In this document: piece by piece, positions 34,302 to 47,656 of the stretch
Layout: every line of letters starts with the position of its first letter
How positions within the stretch are numbered: the first letter of the stretch is position 1
Assembly: GCA_973895155.1 (NCBI GenBank)
Contig: OZ316894.1
Span: forward strand, 22,938,709 to 23,002,708
Length of the DNA stretch: 64,000 bases
From: Marsupella aquatica
Lineage: Eukaryota > Plantae > Marchantiophyta
Direction of reading: 5' to 3'
Program-made: the position numbers and the translations under genes
Notes under the pieces: generated by a model
What the model saw: only the letters and a program-made list of their open reading frames with translations
Databases searched by the model: none
Told to the model about the DNA's origin: nothing

Positions 34302-35218
34302 CCATCCTGGTCTTTTCTGCTTGCTGACAGTGGTTTGTCAGAATCCTTTGAACTTGCCACAGTACCTAGACTGGGATCGTGATTCATTGGATCTTTCTCT
34401 TCAAACCGTACTTCCTTTCTTCTAAGCGGTCTCTTGACGGCTTCCACTCGTTGTTGTTTCTCTCTGGATTGAACTTCCTCTTGTGACTGCGAATCACCCT
34501 TCCTCTTTTCGTCAACCATGGCTTCCCATGTAGCTCCAACTTCTACTGTGATTGAAGTTATGAGTACTGGTGCATCCCAGCCAGTCTTTTGCCGCAAATG
34601 CTCCGCCAATCTTCTCTTCTCAACTTCACCTAGCTTCTTCTCGCATATTGTCTCACTTTGAGCATTGTAGACATTGGGCTCGAATGCAGCGTAACCATTG
34701 CTGACTCCCTTTCTCTCAAATGCTTCTCCGGACACCAAAGCTTTCATTCCTCCTTTGTTGTTGTTCAATGGCACAGGTTCACCAGTATCATAGAAAGCAA
34801 TCTTCTTCATGCCTGGTTCACCAACAAACTTGATTATTTGCTTACGGAGCGCCATAGACAACTCTGTGCATTCTCGCTTGGTATGATCTTTGCTATCACA
34901 CCACATACATGAATAGATTCTGCTCTTGCTAGAGCTTCCTCTTTCATGAGCATCCTCTTGAATGACTTGTTGCCCAAGCACTTTAGTGGTCAGGATTTTT
35001 AATCCTTCCATTAACTTGGACAACTCGTCCACCGCATTCTCCTTCTTCTCAACTCCAGATGTTTTGATGTGAACTTCACTACCTCGGACTGGTGCCCTTG
35101 CTATAGCCTGATCATCCAACTCTCTATTGCCTTTGTCGTTGGCTTACCCAAAGAATTGCATTTTCAATCTGCTCCCATGTAGCTTTCCCAAATCGTTGAG
35201 GATGTAGTATGTCAAGTG

Positions 35219-38200
35219 TGTAATAGCTGTCTAAATTAGAAACTTAGAAATAATGAATTTTTAAAAAAAAAAATTGTAGTTAGAAATAGATTAAACATAG
35301 CCAATTAATCTACTTTTAGATATAAGTAAGATTAAGACTTAAGTTAGGCAGATTAATGGATAATACCTTGAGTAATTAGGTAGGGGTGAGACGAGTCAGA
35401 AGAAACTACTATCGATGTTCTCGAAGCGCGAAAGGAAGATTGGTGCTGCCAAGTTTGACCGAGGGCGCAAAGAGTGTTTTGGCATGAAAGCGCAACGGCG
35501 TATCGGCGGAAAAGCGCAACAACGCAACGGAGCAAAGGCGCAACAGAGCGAAAGCACAACGGCAGATCAAGTGACATAGACCTCTTCGGATCGATAGTTG
35601 GTGACAACGCCTTGTTTCTTGTTACTATGGTAGACGAAGGGGGAGAGATGACCGCGAGAGGAGTTCCTCTACCTAAGGCCGTCCCTGTGACATGCCCTAC
35701 GATGAAAAGAAGCTTGCATGTTTTGAAGGAAGCACTGGCGGTCATGCACCTGAGTAAATTGCTCACTCTGCCTTGGTCCGTAACTTCATTGAGTTTTCTG
35801 AAGGATTTCAGTGATGGGGCACGAATCAAAGTTGGTATGGTGGGAACTGCTCGGGCGAATCCAGAATTCTGGACTCTGCAATTTGTGCTGATGCTTTCGA
35901 CTGTCCCACCGAAGGTGACAGCTTACACTCACGACAAGGGGAGACTGCGAGGCCTTATTTTTTTGGAACTCAAAACGTTCGCCATGGGTGGAAAATGGAC
36001 CAGTGCACCGACTATACTCTTAAAATCATTTTAGAGTTTTTGATTCCAATTCTCCATCCCATTCAACCACATATGATACCTGTGTCACTTGCCAATACTA
36101 TTGTGGCAAGTTGGAAGGGAGTTGCTCAGATAAATTGGGCCTTGTTGCTAAGACAGGTTATTTTATCTCAAGTAAAGAAGGTGAAAATGGACGAGTTCAC
36201 TACTCTCCCTTCTTATCTTTGCCAATTGTACTTTCATGGGAATTGCTTACTTCCAGGCAAACAAGAGGAGCGGATCAGACTGCTTGATGAATTTGATCTT
36301 AGTGAATCAGGAAACGAGGATACTGAAAGAGAAGATGCTGATGAAGTCCAATTGGAGGTTCCCCCACCTATCTGTTCAGAGGTTACCCCTCTTACCCATA
36401 GAGAACCACTTGTGGAACCCAGAAGAACCTCTTCACCAATTCTTGATAACCCACTATCCCCTTTCGAAGATCTCAACCAGGATAGAAGACTTTACACCCC
36501 CCTCAATTCCAATCTTGATGAGTATACATCCGAGCCAGAACCAGTAGGAACGTCCCCACCTTCTGTCCCTGTAGTTGACATATCTATCCCTAATACCCTT
36601 CGATCACCCACAGTCCCAACTCAGAATTTATCTGTAGACAGCTTGACCCCTTCTATGAGATCCCGTAAGAGACCCTTCATGTTCAGCAAACCAACGGCTG
36701 ATGAACTGAGAGTAGAATCTAATCAGCAAATTATTGATAAGTTAAGCAACTTATTGATCTGTGAACCTGAGGAGATAGTTGACTCTGTTGAGAGGTTAAG
36801 AGCAGCCTCTGTAACTCTACCTGAACCTAGTAGTCCTGACTCTCCATACTCTCCAACCCAAGGTCCGACTCAGTTCTATCCCGAAGTGATGGAGCTATTT
36901 CGACCCACCTCCAATATTAGGGTTACAAATATTACTGAAGTTGAACCAATGGAGGAAAATGATGCATCACCCAGGTTAGAGCTTCAACAGACACTATCTG
37001 CTTCCCCAAGTCACTCTGCTGAACACTATTCTACTCTTGTTAATAAAATGACTGACATGCTGGAGTGTGATGAGAGACACTTAATTGATGTCTTGGATGA
37101 TCTTCTGCATAAGACATCAGCTTTACTTACTCGAGATCATCATCGAGAATATTGTGAGGATTTAGTCCATAGGCTTACACAGATTTTCGGATGCAACCCG
37201 AAGCAAGTCTATTATGCCGTCCGTTATCATACCTCAGCCTCTGGCTCTCCCATTTACTATTCTTCCCCTTCTTCTAGTCATTCACTCACTTCTCCTTACA
37301 GTCCTTCAAATCAACCAGACCAGCTCTATCCTAGTTTTCCAGAACCTGAGATCACCCCTACAGGTGAACATCTTGCCACTTCTTATCTTGACACCCTTCC
37401 ACCAGGTCAAGATAAATCCTGCCAGGTCAATTTCATCCCTACGCTGCATATTGACCCTAAAACCCCTCAGGAGAATATTACACAATTTGCTGAGTTTGTT
37501 AGAGTTTCAGACCTTAGAACTCCTCCCATTCTTGAGTTTTGGCAATACTATCATAAGAAGAGAGTTGAATGTCTCTATATCCTGAAGCTTCATCTGAAGG
37601 ATGTCACCCGCCTAGAGATAGGAGAGATGGATGAGATCTGGACAGAGGCTAAATATTTTTGCCCTATTCTTGCTGTCATAATCCTGGATCCTGTATTGGA
37701 GAATGGAGATCTGGCCCTGGCATACTTCGGGAACTTACCTGCCGATGTCTTGGAATTCATCATCAACTTTTTGAGACAAACCAACAAACGATATCAGGTC
37801 GACCATGGTGTCCTACCAGAGAAACCTTTTATTGTTCAACAATTTATCTCACCAATTGCTGAGAGTCAGAGAATCTGGAACAACATTACTTCCCAGCGGT
37901 TGGCTGAGTACACCCTGAAGTGGCGGGAACTGTTACCTCATGTCACCCCACTTCTATCACTTGCCAAGGACTCTGACACCTTCATCAACAAGTTTCCACG
38001 CAACTACCATACTACTTGTTGTAGTTATGATTTGGTCGGCATCTATATGCAAGCTAGCAAGGTGAACACTATGTTTCATAGGAGACTACTTCCCATTCTA
38101 AATGCTGAACGACAAATCAGGTCTCTTCCATTTGCTCGACATGATACGCAGGTTATGGATTTCCTTCGAGAGGTGATTTGAACTGAGACATTCAGGAGTG

Positions 38201-39724
38201 TTCAACAACCGGATCAGTCAGCACTACTTCAGGAGGATTGACCTACTCCATCCTTCGAGTTAGGATTAGTCAATCTCCACCATTTTTGTTAAATAGTTAA
38301 AGTAGTTAGAAAAGTCTCATACTTTTCAGGAGATAGCCCTTATGTAGCAAACCATACCCTGAAAGTATCGACCAAAATTGACATGTCGTTTAGAAGTTAT
38401 AGCATTTTTAGTTTTGCAGTAGCGTGAGTGCGCAAAGGCGCAACGGCGCTAGTGCTCCAAAGCGCAAAGGCGCAACGGCGCTTCCGACACTTAGAAAATT
38501 TTTCGGAACAGTGTATTTTTTATCCGACAGCAATTTCCATCAATTTTATTAAGGCACTTAGACACCTCAGAAAAGTCTAAAATTTTGGCAGCATGTAGCA
38601 TGTATATAAATCTTCTACCTATGAAAGTTTCACCCCATTTTGACTTTTATGTTAGAAATTAAAATTCTGATAAACTCACTATTTATTAGTTTTACCACAA
38701 AAGTGCAAAAAACACTTTTACTCCAGTTTACACTAGGGATAACTTTTGGTTAGTTTTTCATTCCACCAACATTCTAGTGAACCTTGAGTACTCCTATAGC
38801 ATATTTTCATACTTTTAAACTTTAGTTTATGACCCTTAAGATGTGACAGGGCATGTCCTTTCATTATCTCTTTTCCCCTTTAGTTTTTGCTAACCTATAT
38901 GTAGTAGAGTTTTTGCCACTTTTTGTGTGAAGAAATTTTATGAGCGCTCAGTTGCAAGATTGCAACTTTGTTACCTCCACCTTGTAAAGAGAACTCCATT
39001 GCGTATGACTACTTAATACAAAGGAATTCTTGCCCCTTCAAGTCTAAATGAATGAGAAGTTTGGACCCTTGAAGTAAAATTATTGTGATTGTTAAATTTT
39101 TTGAGTATGTGGAAATAGATTCCTTGTTGGTGATGTTTCACATATTCCTTAGTTCTTGATGCATAGTTTTTGACGTAACATTGCTTGTGCACGGGATGCA
39201 AAGATTGTTACTTACCAATTACTTATGGCTTCAAATTTGATTATGATGGTGTCTCTTATTCGTGACACAAAGTACCGATTGGATACAGAAGTGATTGATT
39301 ACTAGTCTCCACTCAGTACCTTGGAAGGAAAAGTTGAGACATGTTGACGACATTTTAGTAATCATTCTAGTATCGTAATCCTTTCTAGAAATATTCTTGC
39401 GGATATACCACCTAAATCATATCAAATGAAGTTATGTTGAGGAGTCACCTTGGTTGTTTCCTAACTCTCTCACCATACCTCAGGATTTTCATTATGTTTT
39501 ATTAATTGTTTCCATTTGTTAATTTTATTTTTAATATTAAGCAAACATTTAAAACTATGCCTTGATGAGCAACCATAGTAAAAGGCTCAACTTTGTGTTT
39601 TTGTTACCTTACTCATTCATAAGTGCTAAATCATAGAAAATCATTCCTTACATGTTCTTCCATGGGAAGGAATACCGAGTTTTGGATCTTAAATGTTCAT
39701 TTATGTCCCTAGTGTGATACTACA
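35219..39724 (+). mobile_element. H: 4,506-bp gene-bearing solo LTR of an Athila-like family related to G
   Basis: TGTA...TACA ends and 5-bp TSD AAGTG (35214-35218 / 39725-39729). The 3'-end block GGGAAGGAATACCGAGTTT matches G (GGGAACGAATACCGAGTTT). No PBS or pol. Confidence 0.9.
35627..38181 (+). pseudogene. LTR-encoded protein (~850 codons, one frameshift ~35880), homolog of 6028-8457
   Basis: LLTLPW...ARANPEFWT; HGWKMDQCT...EFLIPILHP; C-terminal domain aligned by eye with the G ORF. Confidence 0.85.
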
Positions 39725-40337
39725 AAGTGCATGCTCAAACTCATCTCGCAATTTGCTATCTGCAGATCTAAAAAAAATGTCGCTTTCTGTAGCTTGATTA
39801 TCTCAGCTTCAATAATTGAAAGCTGATTCATCTTCTTGTTGAACTCCTTCAACAACTCTTGCGGCCCCAAGTTTTTGTTACGCTCATTGATCCAATCCAA
39901 GAACGTGGCTTGTGTCATCCGGTCCGCATCTTGTAGAAGAAATTCCTCTTTCATCATTTGCGTGAATGTTTCTCATGCATTCTCTCCTTCGGCCTCCTTG
40001 CTCAATGTCTCTACCACCTTCTTGATTTTTGGCTCCACCAATGTTGGGAACTTCATGATTGCGATCTCCTCATCAAGGTCGTGGAGCTTGACTTCTCTCC
40101 AATACACCTTCAGATATTTTGTTACATCCTTCCCGTCAAATTCCCCTTCATGATCCACCACTACACGCAAACACTTGGTGATTTGGCTTGCTTGTACACT
40201 CTTCTTCTCTTTCTCTTCTTCTTGGGCTTTCATTGCCCACATAGCACTCATGACAATTTGTGCAATCTCTTTGGGCCCCATCTTGCCCTAATTCTCTCTA
40301 ACTATTCTCTCTACTAATTAGCACAAGCCTTGAGATT

Positions 40338-40355
40338 TCCCCAGTATGGTCGCCA
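40338..40355 (-). promoter_or_regulatory. E1 PBS TGGCGACCATACTGGGGA (tRNA-Arg-like)
   Basis: 4 nt inside the 5' LTR end. Resembles the complement of plant tRNA-Arg 3' ends; isoacceptor not determined. Confidence 0.75.
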
Positions 40356-40359
40356 CTTA

Positions 40360-41722
40360 TGTCCTGGGAATAGTGAGCTCTCAAGAACACGCCGGGTGTC
40401 TGGCTGCATATGCTAATTATGCTACTTATCACTTGTAAGAGACCTCATGCTTAGAACCAATTCCCTTGAGAGCCTTGTCCCCTCCCGGCCATTTCTCAAG
40501 TTCCTTGGGTTCCCCTGTGCCTCTTGCGGTTTTCTCCAGATAAATTGGGTGGGAAGGGCATACCCTTTTCCGCAAGGACTCCTAAGCACTTTTGGTACCA
40601 AGAGATTTGTGTGATCTACTCCAGATAATGGCAATAACACCAGAGTAGTCGAGGCCAGGCCCACACTCCACAAATCTCTCCTCCAAGTGATAATCTTCTC
40701 TACTTACTTCTATCAACTCTTGGCTATGATCTCTCTTCTATTACACTATTATGAATACACTCACATCCCCATCTATGCATCTATATAGTATTAATGGATC
40801 CGACGACGCGATAATTGTAGTGTATCCTTCTTTCCCAAACTTCTGTGTAAGAACCTGCCTAATATCTACCTTCCTCTTTACTATCAACTTAATGCTCATC
40901 GTAGAACGCAAATTCAGAATCTATGGACTCTCATTCAAATCAATATTGATATTCATACTTCCTATTATGCTTACTAACTAAGAGAGGTTCAGTGGCAGAG
41001 CCGTCCCTACTTGATCACAGGTTCATGGACATTATTTCTATGGTATTGGTGGCATAGCCGACCTTTCCAGATTCAAAGCTCCATCTTCAAGGTACTCGAG
41101 TGGTGGCAGTGTCTTCCATGACCAAGAATCAAGAAACTTAGAACCTTTCCACCATAGAAACCGATGGCATAGCCATTCCGTTAGTCCTAGAACCAATGTT
41201 CAAGCATTTCTTCAATGCAAATGCACACAATATGCGCTCTATGCACTCTCTATCCTCGCACTCATACACTTGAAATGCTGAAAAAATGGACTCAGCTTGG
41301 GAGGGCGAACCTCCCTCTTATTTATAGTTGGAGCCAGGCTACGCTGGTCATTTTACAAGAGTATCCCAGAAGATACTAGAATTAACTAGAACTTACTAGA
41401 ACTTACTTTTTACCACGGTAAATTCTAGAGCTCACTTTTTACCATGGTAAATTATAGAACTTACCGGAATTTACCTTTTTACTATGGTAAATACAAGAAA
41501 TTACTATTTACTAAGGTAGATTCTAAAAGTTATTGGAATTTACCTTTTTACTATGGTATATACAAGAAATTACTATTTACTAAGGTAGATCTTGAAAATA
41601 ACCAAGACTTATAATTTTACTTGGTAAAACCCCAAAATCTCATTTTTACCACAAAAACCTCTACTTTTATATTTTCACACAAAACCAAGCTATTCTCCAT
41701 ATAATCTAATTCCCTTACGACA
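40360..41722 (-). repeat. E1 5' LTR (1,363 bp)
   Basis: Direct repeat of 3137-4495. Confidence 0.95.
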
Positions 41723-41726
41723 CCGT

Positions 41727-44700
41727 TCTGGTCCCGGCGTGTTGAGACAAGCTTGGGACAAGCTTTAGGACAAGCTACGCTATTTGGGCCATGAGCATGT
41801 CTTGGGGTCAGGGCGGTCAGTTGGTGATGGATAGGTACGAGGGGGAACCCGGGCCGCGCCCAAGGAAGCTGTCCTTGGACGGACAGTGGGCGTGGGTTCT
41901 GGTTCCAGCTTATGGCATCGGGAGGATCTATTGCTGACCTATTTACCAACGTCTGTTGAGCTTGAGTTAGGATGCTAGATTGGGCGAGTTCTAGATCAGA
42001 GGGGTTACTTACCGAGGTGCTTGGTTGTTTGTGCAGACAGTGAGGACCGTTGAGTGGCGGTCGTGTAGGTGAGCAAGTGCGGCTACGTATGGGAGTGGCC
42101 GTAGGTGGTACTAGAGGCACTTGGATGCTTGCTCGAGGTCTTCCGTAGAGGCGTTCGGGCACCAAGGGCACTTAGGAGCAAGTGCTGGGATTGGTGAGGG
42201 CGCTGGGTGGCGAGGTCCACCACTTGTGGTATCAGAGCAATTGCCGGCATAGACACCGGGCCGGGGTCATGCTAAGTCGGAATCCAAAAATCTTAACGGA
42301 TTTTTGCGGGGACTTAGTGCTTCAACATGCCCGGCGGGTCAACTGCGGGCAGATTTGGTCGCTAGGGACATGGCAAAAAACACTCGTGCAAAGAGTGGCA
42401 AACAGGCTCCCCCCACTAAGGGGAGAGCCCAAGTTCAAGATGAACAGAAGGAGGACAGGTCGACTTCCCTAGATGAACGTTACAAGCAAGATGAAGAGGA
42501 CGCAACGGCCAAACCGTCGACCACTGCGACAAACAAGTCAAGTGCAGAGCGCCGTCAACTTAAAGGGAAGGAGGCGACTGATCCTTCAGAGGATGGGTCG
42601 GATGACAATAACTCCAACGCAATCACAAGCGACAACAACGCTGAAGCTGAGACAGAGGAAGAGGGTCAGGACCCGGAAGAGGAATTGATCCCAGCCTTGA
42701 TAGGGTTGAATGTGGAACCAGAGGATGATGCCGAGCCGGACATCATTGTGGATAATTTGACCAAGTAGAACTAGGATGACGCGGGTGATACCTCAGTCCC
42801 GGGAGGTCATGGTGCTCGCAAGACGCGGGGGGTGTCACCAAAATCCACAAGAGAACCTAAGGACAGGTGGCCTGCAAAGGAAAGACGGTTGGAGGACCGT
42901 CCTCATACAACCCATAAGGGCCCGGCCACTAACGACGGTCTGGGTCCGTTGACTCAAGACCAACGACTCATCTATGAGCAGTTGGAACACAACAAGGGGG
43001 CCCAAATTAAATACTTACTTAGTCTGGGTAGTCAGAGTGTGTCGCGTCCTGAGGGGGGAATGGTAGTTGGACGGAGTATGTTCCAAGTGAACCAGCTACT
43101 GACTCCTCCAACTTACGACGGGGCCTACGAGCAAAGTGGACAAAAGTTCCTGAGTTGGCTCTCCACAATGGAGATTCATCTCCAAGCGTGCGTTGAGCGT
43201 TCCACTTGGGCTACCGCAGCCACTCCTTACCTTAAGGACTATGCCTTGACTTGGTACAAGTCATGGAAGAAGTTGCGAGTGGACTCCTCCTTGCCGTTAA
43301 ATTGGGAAAACCTGGTTGAGGGTCTCCGTGCTCATGTCACCACTAAGTACCCAGAGCGACATGCTCAGAAATGCATAACGGAGATGACTTTCAGGGGTGA
43401 TATCCAAAAGTTCATCACTTATTACCAGAATCAGTTGGCATGTATCCCGGCGGGACAAGAGACCCTACATACACAGCTTCACAACTTTATTGTGAAGCTC
43501 CTGCCATTGCTCAGGGAAAAGTTGCAGGAAAAGCGTCATGAGTTCAAAATGCTTTCTGACACCTTTGACAAGGCCACTATGTTAATGAATAACCGACCGG
43601 ACTTGGCAAAGGTGGGTGGCAAGGGATCCAAGGGGGAAGCTGGGAAGGTCCCGGGAATAAGCAAAAGCAACCAAAGGGGGCGGGGGCCGGTGGTTCGGAT
43701 CCCCAGCCCCAGAATGGAGAAGCTAAGCGAAACCGGAAGGCCGACAACTTTAAGAAAGAAGCCTCATCGGCACAGAAAGCACAAAAGCTGGCAACCATGG
43801 AGCAGAGGCGGGCTGAAGGTTCGTGCTTCACATGTGGTGCCATGGGCCATCAAAGTAAGGATTGTTCCACGAAAGGTGGCAAACCAAACGGAGATGGTGG
43901 AGGGCAGAAGAGCATTAAGGTAAGTATCGCTCTAACCGAACCCTTAGTAGCTGACAAGGTCCTTGTAGGGGATGTCCCTAATGGTGAGAGGGTGTTGTTG
44001 CGAGAGAAGATACCTAAAGTTAAGACAATGGATCCTGAAAAACTGATTTTTATGAATGTCACTTCTAACGGTAATCTGGGTGTTGCTTTGGTGGATACAG
44101 GCGCGACCGCCTGCTTCATAAGTGGGCAGGCAGCAGCTCGTCTAGGGGTGGACGTGCAAGAGTTGTTACAACCGTTAGTGTGCAAGTTTGCCAACGACAC
44201 GAAGGGGATAGTGTCGAGAGTAGTGCATAGACTTCGAGTAGAGGTCATAGGCGAACAAAAAAAAATTGTTAGTCAGGAGATGTTCTACGTTCTAGACGGT
44301 CTAGCCATAGACTTCATTTTGTCGGTAGGTTATCTTAGAAAGCACAATGTTACCTTGAAACCGGGGGGTGAGGTGCTCCATTTTCCCAATAAGGGCGGTG
44401 AGCCCATCGTTGTACACAAAATTACCGAAAAGAAAGAAAGATTTCTTAAAGTAAGTAAAATGTCGTGGATGTCTCCGTGTGTATCGGCGAAGCAATGGTG
44501 GAAAGACTTCAAGGGTGGACATGAATGTTTCTTCTTTCATCTCCACCCAACTAAGGAGGCTGCATCGCAGCCAAAGGTCAAGTCAGCTAAGGTCGGGCCC
44601 GACTGCGGTCAAATTCCTGAAATTTTAGAGAGAATTCAAGGAATTGCGATCCTAAAGGTTTACCCCCGCGGAGAGAAGTGTTTCACCAAGTTGAGTTGGA

Positions 44701-45835
44701 GCCGGGATCGGCTCCTCAGGCTAAAGCTCCTTATCAACTGAACCTGAACGAGCGAATGATGTTGAAGAATGCCTTGGAAGAGTTGATTGACCAAGGGTTC
44801 ATTTGCCCTAGTAAGAGTCCTTACGGGGCGCCCGCGCTGTTTGTGTCCAAAAAGGATGGTATTTTGAGATTGTGCGCAGATTATCGGGCCCTCAATAAGC
44901 AGACGGTAAAGAATAAGTACCCGTTACCTCGTATGGATGACCTCTTCGATTGCCTCTCCGGGGCTAAGAAGTTTTCAAAGGTGGACTTACGGTCTGGGTA
45001 TTACCAGATCCGCATGGCTAAGGGAGACGAGTATAAGACCACGATGCGCACAAGGTTTGGATCCTATGAGTTTTTGGTTATGCCATTTGGGTTGTGTAAT
45101 GCAACCGCAATGTTCATGAAGATGATGAATACCATCTTTCATGACTTGTTAGACCAAGGAGTGGTCGTTTTTATTGACGACATCCTAATCTACTCGAAAA
45201 TGTTGGAGGAGCATGAGCAGTTGCTCAGAGAAGTGTTCTCTCGCCTTCGTAAGGCTCGTCTCTTTGCTAAACCTAGCAAGTGCAAGTTTGCGATGAACGA
45301 GATTCAGTTCCTTGGCCATACCTTTACCCTAGAAGGGATTACGCCTAGTCAAGACAAGCTTAAGGAGATCAACGAATGGGAGCGCCCGTCCAATGCAAGG
45401 CAAGTTAGAGCCTTCTTAGGATTTACGGGGTTCTATCGGAGATACATGAAAGACTATGCAAGGATCGCAAGGCCCCTCAATGTGCTAACGTTGAAAAACA
45501 AAGTGTTTGTGTGGATACAGGATTGTGAATTAGCATTCCTAGAACTTAAGCGGTTAATGATAACGCCGCCGGTTCTAAAGTTACATGAGATGGGGAAGCC
45601 GTTCAAGATTTGGATAGACGCAAGTCATTATGCCATCGACGCCTATCTTCACCAAGATGAGCGTCCTGTGGCCTTCTAGTCATGTAAGTTGGAAAATCAC
45701 TGGATCACGCCAGAAAGGGAAATGTATGCGGTGATCTACGCGTTGAAGAAGTGGGAGATTTACCTTAAGAACGGTCCCAAAGTGGTAATCCACACAGATA
45801 GCTCGTCGGCGGGGTACTTCAGTTCTAAGCCAAGG
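41727..45835 (+). mobile_element. K: chromovirus-like Ty3/gypsy element (LTR 3' part to ~42222, PBS, gag-pol), broken in RNase H by LTR I
   Basis: PBS TGGTATCAGAGC at 42227-42238, followed by gag, PR, RT and RH motifs. Confidence 0.88.
42370..45835 (+). pseudogene. pol: K gag-pol (stops and frameshifts)
   Basis: PPTYDG, LKDYALTWY, CFTCGAMGHQSKDC, ALVDTGAT, LRLCADYRALNKQTVKNKYPLPRMDDLFD, VFIDDILIYS, WIDASHYAI. Confidence 0.92.
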
Positions 45836-47207
45836 TGTGGTATGCCACATATGTAAGAATCCTTAAAAATGGAAGAAGAAATGGTGAAATGATGAACTTT
45901 CAAAACTTTTTGGAGCTTTTTGATTGCATTTAAGTCATTTGGTGACTTGCAACAGGATATCACTAAAGCTCCTATTTATTTGAAAACTTTCAAGAACTTC
46001 AGTTCAGCTTGAAATTTGCAAGCATGATCTTTGGAGTATAATCTACTTGCTGGCACAGTTCAAGACTTTTTGGAGTTGGTTTACTTGGTTTTTGATCAGG
46101 TCTATGTTAGACAATTGTTATATTGGCATTTAATTATATCAAGTTTTAATTAGTTCTACTTTGTTTTACATATTAGTTTTCTTTGAATTGGAGGATGAAG
46201 AGGTATGTCTTTTCATCTTTCCAAGGATATCCTTAATACTTATTTTGGTTAGTTTTTGGTTTTCAAGGAGTGAAAAGTTACACCTTTTCATTCCCTCTTG
46301 ACCATCCTTGCTTGAGCCATTATATAAGGAAGGGTGATACACTAGTTAGATAAGTTAGTTCTTGCATATCTTAGCCAAAGAGATTGTCCCTTTGACACTG
46401 ATTATGGAGACATTTAAGACATATTTTGAATGTCGCTCCTTAGGTGAAGAAAAGGAGACTAACTTCCTTCTGTATTAGATTCCATGAGGAATTTGGATAT
46501 GGAAGTAAAACTACATAAATACATGTGATTTGTATCTTGGATCATAGATAGCATTGGTTTGATATCCAATATATGAAACTCTTTCCTTATGAAACTCTAG
46601 AGTTGTCCAAAATATCTTTGACCATGTATGATTGTTAATAATTTGTGGAAGTCTAGAGGGGAATTCATTTCAAGCTTTCTAGGGTAAAAGTCCATTCTCA
46701 TGAGTTTTAGTACCGCCATTGGCAAACAAAGACTGATAGCATTCATACCAAGTTGCGCATCGCCAGAGTATTGAATCCTGTTGCCGGCAGTTTACTAGTT
46801 GGGACTGCGCATGATATCCAGAAAGATCTTTGTGGGCTTGGTGAACTAATACTAGAAGGAGGAGAAATGAGAGTATAAATTTAGGAAGCAGTCAGAGAGG
46901 GGTTTTGTGTACCTTTTAACATCTTAAAGTGGCTATATCTTTCGATAAGCTATGGTGATGGAGGTAGTGCAGTGTTGAAGCCTGATTTTAAAAGTCCTAG
47001 AGTTATAGTCTATGAAAGAGAATTATATTTCCTTGTCTTTTGTTAATTGTGCATTTTGGTTTCAAATGTGTAAGAGGTTGAGTTTCCTCGTTAAACCACT
47101 CATTTGTGTTAAAATATTCCATTCCCATTCTGTTTTGCTCTTTAGGGGAACGAATTCTGAGTTTTTACTTTTATTATATGCATTTTATGCATTGACCCTA
47201 TACCACA
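45836..47207 (+). mobile_element. I: 5' LTR (1,372 bp, no long ORF) of another Athila-like element
   Basis: TGTGGTA...TACCACA terminal inverted repeat and PBS downstream. Shares blocks with the G LTR (GAGGAxxTGAAGAGG.ATGTCT; GGGAACGAAT..GAGTTT). Right end not found in window. Confidence 0.85.
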
Positions 47208-47213
47208 TCTTTT

Positions 47214-47231
47214 TGGCGCCACTGCCGGGGA
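47214..47231 (+). promoter_or_regulatory. PBS TGGCGCCACTGCCGGGGA (tRNA-Asp type)
   Basis: 6 nt after the LTR I end. Confidence 0.88.
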
Positions 47232-47656
47232 GCAAACTAGGAGTGGGATGGACATGGATGGCATTGAATGCTCAAATGATTTCACCAATTTGTCAGGGAG
47301 TGACCTGAAATTCAGAGATTCAAAATGATAATTTTTGTAACATGTTGCTACCTTTGAAGGTATTGAAACATTGAGGTTTTAGGAGGAGGACCATTGCAGG
47401 AGAGACCCCTCATGTAAGGAAGTCTCTTCCTAACACTTTGTTACATGGAGAACATCTTTAAAAGAAAAATTCAAACAAAAAATTGAGGAGCTACTTGGTG
47501 GTGCGCTGAATGAGCTCTGCTGCTCTCGAAGGGCCCCGTTGGTCCCCATGACGTCGGATGGTGAACAGAAAGTGAAACAAGTACTCTAATACTCGCTCTT
47601 TCTAGAGATCAAAATCCCATAAGAGAAAGTTGAATTCTTGGTTGTTCCTCCACGCA

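Larger units (their letters stand above)
34295..40281 (-). pseudogene. gag: E1 gag, split by solo LTR H
   Basis: EFDGKDVTKYLKVY and knuckle CMWCDSKDHTKREC. Removing H plus one AAGTG restores EHAL|DILHPQRFGKATWEQIE. Confidence 0.88.
3137..41722 (-). mobile_element. E1: full-length Ty3/gypsy LTR retrotransposon (non-chromovirus style), interrupted by the MULE and solo LTR H
   Basis: Two ~1.36-kb LTRs (TGTC...GACA), 4-bp TSD CCGT (3133-3136 / 41723-41726), PBS, PPT, and gag-PR-RT-RH-IN order on the minus strand. Confidence 0.95.
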
